A DNA stretch of 64,000 nt from Oculina patagonica. Taxonomy: Eukaryota. The notes beneath the pieces are model-generated. The model did no database searches. It was not told where the DNA came from and saw nothing but the letters and a program-made list of their open reading frames with translations. Where the stretch lies: assembly GCF_052425735.1 (NCBI RefSeq), contig NC_135763.1, positions 15,128,001 through 15,192,000 on the forward strand, written 5' to 3'. Both the position numbers and the translations under genes were made by a program. Shown here piece by piece: positions 55,073 to 64,000 of this stretch. The stretch's first letter is position 1, and each line of letters begins with the position of its first letter.

Positions 55073-57838
55073 ATGGGGAAGGATTATTACAAGATCTTGG
55101 ATATTCCACGCAACGCAAGTGAAGACGAGATCCGAAAAGCCTACAGAAAAATGGCTTTGAAATTTCACCCAGACAAGAACAAGAGCCCTGAAGCTGAAGA
55201 TAGGTTTAAAGACATTGCAGAAGCCTACGAGGTTCTCAGTGACCCACAAAAGAGGGAAGTATTTGATAAGTTTGGCGAAGAAGGATTAAAAGGAACACCG
55301 AAGCCTCCAACAAGTGCTGGTGGTGCTCCTGAATTCCACTTTGAGATGCCCCCGGGATTTACAGCTTTCACGTTCCATGGAGATCCTATGTCCACGTTTT
55401 CAAGAGTATTTGGAAGAGAAGACCCTTTCAGGGGTAAGCATGCTATATTATTAAAAATATCGAGCTTTAAGCTTACTTTTATCCTGCTAAAAATATTATG
55501 TTTACACAGTAGTTAAACTGACCGACAATATAAGAAATGAGTTTCATTCACTAAGTAAGGTTAAGCGTACGGTATTGATAGGATTTCCTAGTTTGTATTT
55601 GACTTCATTTTATGGCAAATTATTTAACAATCTCTTTTCTTACTTTTCGGCACATATAAATAGAATTTGAGCTGTGTTTTCTGAAGTAAAATTAAATGCA
55701 TATGTTTTGGATCAAGTTTACTCAAGCGTGCGGCTGAAGTTCTCGTAAAATTCAATTTACATGTTTTATTTTACGCTGGGGCTCACTGAATCCACTAGAA
55801 TATTTATTTTAATTGCTGACAGCGTGAATGTTTCAAACATATCCTTATTTGTTATTCTTATCCTAAGAAATGTAATTGTTATAAACTTGCGGTTTGCTCA
55901 ATTATAAATATTTTTAATTGTCAAGCAATTTCTGAATACCCTTTTGTTGTTGAACAATAGTGAACTGCAACTATTATAAAATATGGCAATCATATGGAAA
56001 ATCGTGGGAAACTTTGTGGAATTCAAAAAAGTGGTTTAAATCAAAATAAAGCAACAGGTTTGGATTACTCAATTAAAAAATGTTACTTTCTCTTGCTAAA
56101 CATTTTAAAGAGGCATTCTTATTTTTTTTTTTGAACTATCCATTTTTTGGGTTCAATTTTTACAAAAAAGAAAATGTTCCTGAAGAATCTAGAATGTTTT
56201 ATTGTGTTTACAAACAACCATAGGTCATCTGGGTTAACCTCATTAATTCAAATGTCCTGTGAAAGTAAAATAGATTTTTATTTTGAAAATCTGTCTCCTT
56301 CATTTTACTTTCAAATATCTTCCTAAAAGAGTTTTTATTTAGGTCATTTTAATTTGGTAAAATTTCTTCCTCAATTTTTATTTGTTTGTTTGTTTGTTTA
56401 TAATTAACTTCTGGTTTGGATGCAGCTTTTATTTCATTTCATGACCATGGCTTCCTATTTTTGTCTTGTTTAATAAGCTTTCAGTTTCAAGAAACTTCTT
56501 CTTTGATAATTATGTGAAAGAAAGATTCTTCTCAACAAGACATTTGCATGTTCTGGAAATCTTTTATGACTATACAAGTGTTTATTTATAATTTCAACAA
56601 GGGAAGCTTATGAAACAATGAAGAATATTGTGAGTGTGCATTCTAGATTTATCTGTGGTAACATATCTGACATTCACTGCTTGTTTTTGAGATTCCCTGT
56701 TGTTGAAAATATTTTTCTGTTCAAGGGTCTTCCTATCTAATGAATCTAGAAACTGTTAATTAAATCTTGGAATGTTCATTCTGGAATTAATAGCAAGGAT
56801 ATTATCAAAGTTGTGATTTTATGTCAAAATTTAAGTTGAAGCAGGACTATAGCTCTAGGCATAAATTTCCAAAGAGAAGGGGTTTACATGTGAGCTTTGT
56901 GTTTCAAGGGGGTTTTCAAGTACGAAACGAGAATCAGTCAGTCAGGTAAATATCAACTGGAAGGTAAATAAACTACTGTAGCGAGTTTTGATAAGCTGAC
57001 ATCTCAGTATATATCATTATATATCAGTCCTTTCGTGGGCCACAGTGAAAACTACTGGGTGGACCTATCAAGTATTTGCGGCTAACGGATGGCTTTCTTT
57101 CCCTTTCTTTCAGGAATGTTTGATCATGGATTTGCTATGCCTGGTGCATTTGGAGGAATGGACTTTTCTGATACTGGAGGTTTCCACCAGTCCTTCCACC
57201 AACAGATGCATCCTGGCTTCAATCGACAGAGGTCATCATCTTTTGAAGACATGCCATCGTTTGCTCGCAAAAAGGCCCAGGATCCTCCGATTGAAAAATA
57301 CCTCATGGTGACATTAGAGGAGCTCCTAGAAGGAACTACAAAGAAACTGAAAATCATTAAAAAGGTTCTGAATCCTGATAGAGTGACAACCCACACGGAA
57401 GATAAAATTCTCACAATTGATGTACGAAAAGGCTGGAAAGAGGGAACAAAAATCACTTTCCCAGAGGAGGGAGACCAAAAACCGCACACTGTTCCTGCTG
57501 ATATCGTCTTTACAATCAAGGACAAACCACATGCGTACTTCAAACGTGATCAGGACAACAACATTCTCTATACTGCCCAGTTGTCTCTGAGAGATGCTCT
57601 TACAGGGCACACCACGGCATCTTCAGTGCCGGTTCCCACATTGGATGGGAGGACAGTCAATATTCCTTTAAACTGTATAATCAAACCTGGAGCAAAACGG
57701 CGCATCAAAGGTGAAGGTCTGCCATTACCCAAGAAGCTCAATCAACGAGCTGATATGCTGGTAGAGTTTGAAGTCGTGTTTCCAAAGGAACTTTCCCCTG
57801 CTAGTATTGACGTGTTGAAGAATGCTTTACCAGAGTGA
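55073..57838 (+). CDS. Class B J-domain protein (DNAJB1/4/5-type Hsp40), 361 aa; exons 55073-55433, 57114-57838
   Basis: MGKDYYKIL...[11 protein letters not shown] domain, G/F-rich region, CTD ([16 protein letters not shown]). Phase-1 GT-AG intron. Confidence 0.95.
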
Positions 57839-59721
57839 GGCTAGAAAACATTTACTATTTTAGCTTGAAGCTCTTGATGCAGCTATTTTAAATTATTTTT
57901 GAAGTTTTAACTTCAGCTAAGAGTGGGTTGATCAGAACCACTCTTACTGATTAACATTTTTGCTACTCTTATAAGAGTAGAAAGCGAAGGACACTTCGCT
58001 ACCAGTACATACAGTCAAATTGGGTGTCCTTTTTACTCTTAAGGGGGTGGAGATGAGGAGAAGAGTGAATGTTTAGTAGAATCTTAGCTGTTGTAAATTT
58101 TATGGTCACCATGAATGGGAGAATTTAGTTTTGAGTCAAGTAAGGCCATGTTTTGAGTTGTTATTGTGACCAGACCCCTGTTCAGGTGTGTTTTTACAAA
58201 TTTAAGGTTAAGAGAGGTTAAAATGGCCCTGCCAGGGTAAATTCAGACAAGCAACATGACCCAGCACATAAAATAAAATCGTGACAAACGACAACCCTTT
58301 TGGAAAAACTTAAATTCTGACAAGTACAAGTAATTTTCCTTCAATTCTACTACCGACAGCGAAGTTTCATAAAACAGCGACATGGCATATTTTTTAATTT
58401 AGACAAGGGACACGGGAAACCCCACCAGGCAGGGCCTCGTTAGAGAGTTACTTGTACAATATGCAGCATATTGCAGTGTTCATCAGTCCAACGTGCAGTG
58501 GGGATAGGCCAAGGTCCCCAGTCTGTTCCTGCAAGCTTGGAGTGGAATGTGTATAGGGAAGGGCTATGCATTGCTAGCCCTCATTGGAGGCTAAAATGCG
58601 AGTGGATCATGTTTATGATTATTTTTTAATTAGGTATTTCTCTCCAAAAACATTTCACAAGTAGTGCAGTCAGTACTTGGAAAGCAAAATAAGATACCAA
58701 GGCCCATTTTTATCCTGTTAACATTTGGCATGGAGTCATGTTTCTTTTATGAAGATGTTTGAGTTATTTAAGCTATTGAATTATTTAAAATTAAGTGCAC
58801 TGGATCAGAGGATTATTGGATCAATTTGGTCACACTGTTAAAAAAAAAAAAAAAAAAAAACAAATGGCCACAAAACATAGAGAATGAAAGTGGGTCTTCA
58901 AGCTAGTGGCAATGAAAGTAAATTGACTAGGTTTCACTTAGAAAAAATTCTTAGAAGAAACTATTTTTATTATTTAGCAAAGGTGTTTTATTTAACATGG
59001 GGAATTTGAAGCCCTTCTCGCATGTTTACGCAAACTAAAACAGTTCCTGGATAGGGTCTGGTGTGAAATATAGTATCAAATCTTGGGTTAGTTCTGAAAT
59101 GGCGCTAATAAAAATCGTTCATTTCGGCCCGAAAGGGTTTAAAGAAGTGTGGTGCACACTAGCTTCCAAACTCTTGGAGAGTACTTCCCTCCAAAAGGGA
59201 AGTGAGTGTAGTTTAAAAGTTGTTAATAATAAATTGTATTCAGGTGTGCTTTCGTTTAATGTTATCATCATACAATGTCAATTCAGTTACTTGTCGTTTT
59301 TACATCAGATGAATAATTTATTTCTCGTTTTCTTATGAATCAGTAAATTTGTAATGAGCAATTCATCTTAATTTATAAGCAAAATAAAGTATGGATACAA
59401 ACGTGAACTGTGTGCCAATGGCCAAGGTCTATGAATTATTTAGAATACAATTATCCCACACTGCCCATATCCCAGAGTTTTTTCTTCTTTTTCCTCCCAA
59501 CTGGAATTTGAATAATTCAATTGCGAGGGTAATAAGGGTGTTTAACAGCACTAGCTGCATTCACACACCTCAACAAACCTGCCCTTTTTTTCACCCGCCA
59601 TTCTTCTTGCATTGCTCCCCAACTGACTAAATGCCTGGAACAGGCTGTTGCGAGAGAGAGCCTTGCTTTGAAGTGACAAAAGAAAAACGCAAGAAAATTT
59701 CATTCTCATCCCCATAGCCGC

Positions 59722-59992
59722 TTGTCCCTCTTTGCCAGCAGAACCTGGGGCATAAGGAACAAGTGGCTCTGGGAACACATGATTTGATTGGCTAGATTTT
59801 CAACAAAAAAAAACTAAAATCTAGCAAATCAAATCAACTGTTTTAAAACCCCTTTGTTGTAAAGGGGAATTTAAAACGTTTGATCTGGTTGGCTTTATTT
59901 AAATTCTCTTTGTTGAAAATCTAGCCAATCAAATCATGTGTCCCCAGAGCCACTTGTTCCTCATGCCCCAGGTTCTGCTGGCTTAGAGGACG
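59722..59992. repeat. Foldback element with ~100-bp arms
   Basis: GCCAGCAGAACCTGGGGCATAAGGAACAAGTGGCTCTGGG... inverted to ...CCCAGAGCCACTTGTTCCTCATGCCCCAGGTTCTGCTGGC. Confidence 0.85.
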
Positions 59993-61141
59993 AAAAATGA
60001 AAAAACAAAATGTGAAAAACAGGACCCAAGTAACGAAAATCCTCCATAGTCTCAGAGACACATGACCATAATGGCCAGGGTCTCTCTGTCTTGCTCCCTA
60101 GGGGGTGGGAAACTTGGAAGAAGAGAGCACTGGGGATGAGGTTGATAACAACTCTTTTCTCAGAATGAATTTTTATTTTTTATTTGTAATAAATAACAGA
60201 AGCATATCACCTAGAAGAGGTGATATGCTTCTGTAAATAATAATCTACAATTTTTTTAATAATGAAGTAACATAAAAAGGAATAGAGATCTATACATGTA
60301 ATGAAGTCTTCTAAGGTCCTGTGTTTGCCAAAAAGGCTTTGAACAAAGTATGATAAGCAATATAAAACAGTTGATGCAAGCTGAACTTGTGCGAAATCAT
60401 TCAAGAAAGTTGAAACAAATATATTAATTATTCTTACCAATTATATTACAACCAGTGTGTATGTTAAGTATCAGTTCCATACAACTTTTTTGTGTGAACG
60501 ATAGTGGTGAATGAGGTATGATTGTGTATGACAATTAATGAGTAGGAATAATATTGTTCTGGCATCATTCTAATGATCGGTTACATTTCCAAGTACTCTT
60601 TACCTTACAGTTTCTACAACCTTGTTTCCAGGGGCTCTTTTCTTTGCTCAAGGGGGTGGGACAAGAGAGACCATGGAAGCAAGGTTGCTTTGGAGCACAG
60701 TTTTATAGACGATCACATAAATAAGACGTTTGTGTATCCAGTTTTGTTACTGCATGGTGACTGGATGATTGAGTCAGTCTCTGCGAAGAGTGAACGACAC
60801 CTATTCCAAGTTATAAACTATGGGCATTTTTGACAAGCTACTACATACAACATATTTGTGTTGAAGAGGTACGGTTATATTACTAAAAGTCAGTTTGTAC
60901 AATGTAATGAGAATAATAACAATATTGTCCTCAAAGTCAGACCAATATGCTGTCGGTACACATGTTCATTAAAGATCCTCATAGAGATGAGTTTGTCACT
61001 AGCATGGCTGTCTCTTCTGTTATACATGTCAACCAGGGGGACAATGCAGCTCTCAGTTTTTGTCCACTTACTCTGGAAACTGATGTTTCCACTTTGCCTT
61101 CTTTTTAACATAAAATGCTTTGTTTATCTTGAGTGCCGCAG

Positions 61142-63783
61142 TTACGCCTGTGTCATAGGTGGCTGGCCAATTCTGTTTACTTCATAAGGAAGTCCTAAAA
61201 ACTGGTCGGCAATTCTACCAGCCTCTCTCAAACCACTCAAAAGGGCTCCGTGTACTGTAGCAGGATAGTTCCTGATTGTGTGCTCTCCAGCAAAGAATAC
61301 TCTTGGAGGGTTGGGTGGGGCAGGATTGCCTGGTGGCATTCCTGCTGCACTGGGGGAGGGGCTACGGGGGATGCCATTAGATCATAGTCATTCCCTGATG
61401 AGCCTGCTGCCACAAATGAGTAAGAGCCTCGTGACCACTCGTCTGACTTCCAGCGTGTTACAACTGACTCTTTTGGCTGCAAGGGACAAGGCAAAGATCA
61501 AGTCACATTCTTCTACATTAAATAATCACTGAACAACAGATCAAAATAAATCAAGTAGGGCTCATATCAATAGAAAAGACCAAGATGCATTAAAACACGA
61601 AAACGTTGGGCTTTTACGCAGGGACACACACGCAGAGCCGGAAAGCGAGGACCGAGGAACAGACGAAGAGGAAAAAAGGGCACACAGGGGCCGCGTAAAT
61701 GACTCTTTTCACTCTCATTTTACAGTAGGGGGACAAAGTACCACTTCACAAGGAAATCCAACCTCCGAGATAGGACTGCAAAGTTACATGATGTATTTGT
61801 TAATCATTGGTTTCGGGGTACTTGTGAGCACTTGCGCTAGCTTTTGATTGGATAAAATAAATCAGAAACTCTTTGTGTGCTTCAAAAAGATTTGCCAAAA
61901 CTGGCACTTATTCCCTTGACTGTTAAAACTTTTTAGACCCTGTTTTTTCCACTTTCAATATTCCATAATTTATAACCTGATTTTACAAGTTTTTAACTTT
62001 TAGTTGTTTTCCTGTAAGTTTCATTTAAATCATACAGTTGGCTGCAAATATGTTAAAGTCACAACGTCTCTCCTGCCTTGAGTGCAATAAACACATAATG
62101 TATGAGCATACCTGAGGAACAGCACTGCTTCCAAATATCCCCTTCAACACTGCAATGGCACTTCCAACAATAATTTCATCAGAAACGTTCTCCAGCTTGT
62201 TAGCAGCTTCACCGGCAACAAGGGCAATGAGGACTGGAGACTTGTAGAGATTCCAAAACAGGAAGAGCTCGCCGCGATTAGCTGTCGTACTTCCAACATG
62301 ACCAAACAGATTTGTGTTTGGATCCCAAAACACTCGATCAAAACACAAAACCACCTACAGTCAACAAAGCAATGATTAGTTGGGGTTCCACAGACAGGGG
62401 CATTTTCATGTATGTGATCAAGGTGCAAAGTAAGATTAAGAACTCTTGGGCACGCTAATTGCAACATGAATTTATTGCCCAGAGGTCCATTTTAATCCAC
62501 ATACTAAGAAAAGTGAGTCATAAAGTGTTGTTTGTCTGATGGGAAAGTCAAGCTTGCCAGCTGCTGCCTGTGAATTGGCATTAATGTTTGCAAAAAAGTT
62601 ACTGACAATAAGTTTTGGTGGCACAGCCAGGAATGAAAACAATAGGTGGAAGGCGGGAAAAAAACACCTGAGGACTTGATTTTTCCAGCTAAAAGACTTT
62701 ATCTGGTTAGATCTTTCTTTTAATGATATCTTTCTTTTAATGCGACCCAAATTTTCCGCCTGTGATCAAGAAAATTTCACCTGTTGGAAATCGTAGCTAC
62801 ATCCCTGAGATCCATGAAAAGTAGCTTCACGTCTTATTGTTTAGATGCATCCCTACTTCAAAAGTTACTTGAAAGCCTCATTTTAAGTTCACGTTTTTCA
62901 CTTACCTTGTTAAGATTTCCAAATCCCATTCGGTGGACAGCAGCAGTCTTCCACTCAGGGAGGGGAGGGTGGAACTGAACACCAGATGGATGGCTTTTGA
63001 GCACCCCAAGGGGAAGGGTTATTAATACAGCATCTCCTTTGAATGTCTGTGTTGTGGTTATAGATGACTTGCTAGTGCTCTGAGTGACTATTTCCACACC
63101 TGATGGCAAATAAAAAACCTATGGTCAGTTTACTATAATTACCTCAGCCTGTTGGGCTTCTCTGGGGTCAAGATTCAAAGGTTGGGAGTTTAAGCCCGGC
63201 TTGAATGTCTTTGCATTTGGTCTTTCACCAAGACACCACCAACAGCAACAGAAACAACATCAACAACACTGAATTTATATTTACAAAGATTTTCTCCACC
63301 TGAAGGTAGTGAGTGCAAGTTTAGGAGGCCCTGTTAGGGGCATATGCATGCCCCTCGTCTGAAATTCAAACCTCTTCATATGTTGCAATTTTGAAAACTC
63401 TGCACTTTGCTGTTGGAATTTCAATGTCTTAATGTTTTTTTGTCATTTCATCTGCCTCACTAAATAAGGCCTCATCCAGACAAGAAGAACGTTTTTGCTT
63501 GAACTAAAAAAGCAGGGGCTAGTTGTTAATTCTCTCACCAGTTCTGTTGTAACGGACATGTCTGACTGCTGTGTTGAGTCTGATATCAAGTCCTTCAGCG
63601 AGAGCAGCAGGAAGGCAGGAGTAGCCATTACGCACAGTCATGTGACTACCACTGAACTCAAAATCATCATCTTGGTCCCAGTGCTTCAGAGACAATGACG
63701 TCAAAGGCGTGGCATTTGCAAACTCCAGATTGGCAAAGTGCCAGTCAAGGATCTGTCTATCTCTTGACGACAAATAAACATCA
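61142..63783 (-). CDS. KDM1A: Lysine-specific demethylase 1A (LSD1), last four exons: 63783-63539, 63099-62906, 62354-62112, 61476-61142; 5' part outside the window
   Basis: [97 protein letters not shown]. One 1-nt slip in a G-run at ~61355. Confidence 0.95.
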
Positions 63784-64000
63784 CTGGAACAAAAGAATCA
63801 ACACAAATTAATAATAAGAGCATGCGATTCATTAATAACCAGGGTTCTCAGTTGAACCCGTAACCCGTAACACCTGTCACGAGTGTCACTTGAAAGTATT
63901 AGGGCTGTCAAAGCACTGCAGTCAATAGATTTAAGTTACATAGCCTTTGGCCATGTAGATCCCTGTTACGGGTGAAAACAACACAGCAACAGCTGCTGAA

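Noticed and set aside
61345-61365. KDM1A frameshift as pseudogenisation or programmed frameshifting
   Set aside because: A one-base slip in G-runs of a highly conserved gene is most likely a sequencing error.

Overview
Eukaryotic, AT-rich, intron-containing DNA. The repeat landscape and gene content suggest an anthozoan cnidarian, probably a stony coral (inference). Genes, left to right: (1) an intronless SAM-dependent methyltransferase split by a defective hAT transposon; (2) a 3-exon gene, absent from the ORF track, for a small N-myristoylated double-C4 zinc-finger protein (minus strand), plus a probable diverged paralog; (3) a tandem array of SLC16/MCT-like transporters: one intact, one with a 1-nt frameshift, and one exon-4 remnant disrupted by a solo LTR; (4) TAF12 with a long low-complexity N-terminus, head-to-head with TRAPPC3 (124 bp between ATGs); (5) an intronless BAG3-like co-chaperone with IPV motifs, head-to-head with a DNAJB1/4/5-type Hsp40, the pair lying in a dense field of heat-shock elements; (6) the 3' part of KDM1A/LSD1. 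Repeats include two Penelope fragments with hammerhead ribozyme motifs, tRNA-derived SINEs, Harbinger- and Tc1/mariner-type MITEs, and hairpin/foldback elements with 9-bp TSDs (AcademH-like). One N gap and several GC-rich low-quality stretches look like assembly artefacts. All exon and TSD coordinates were read by eye.
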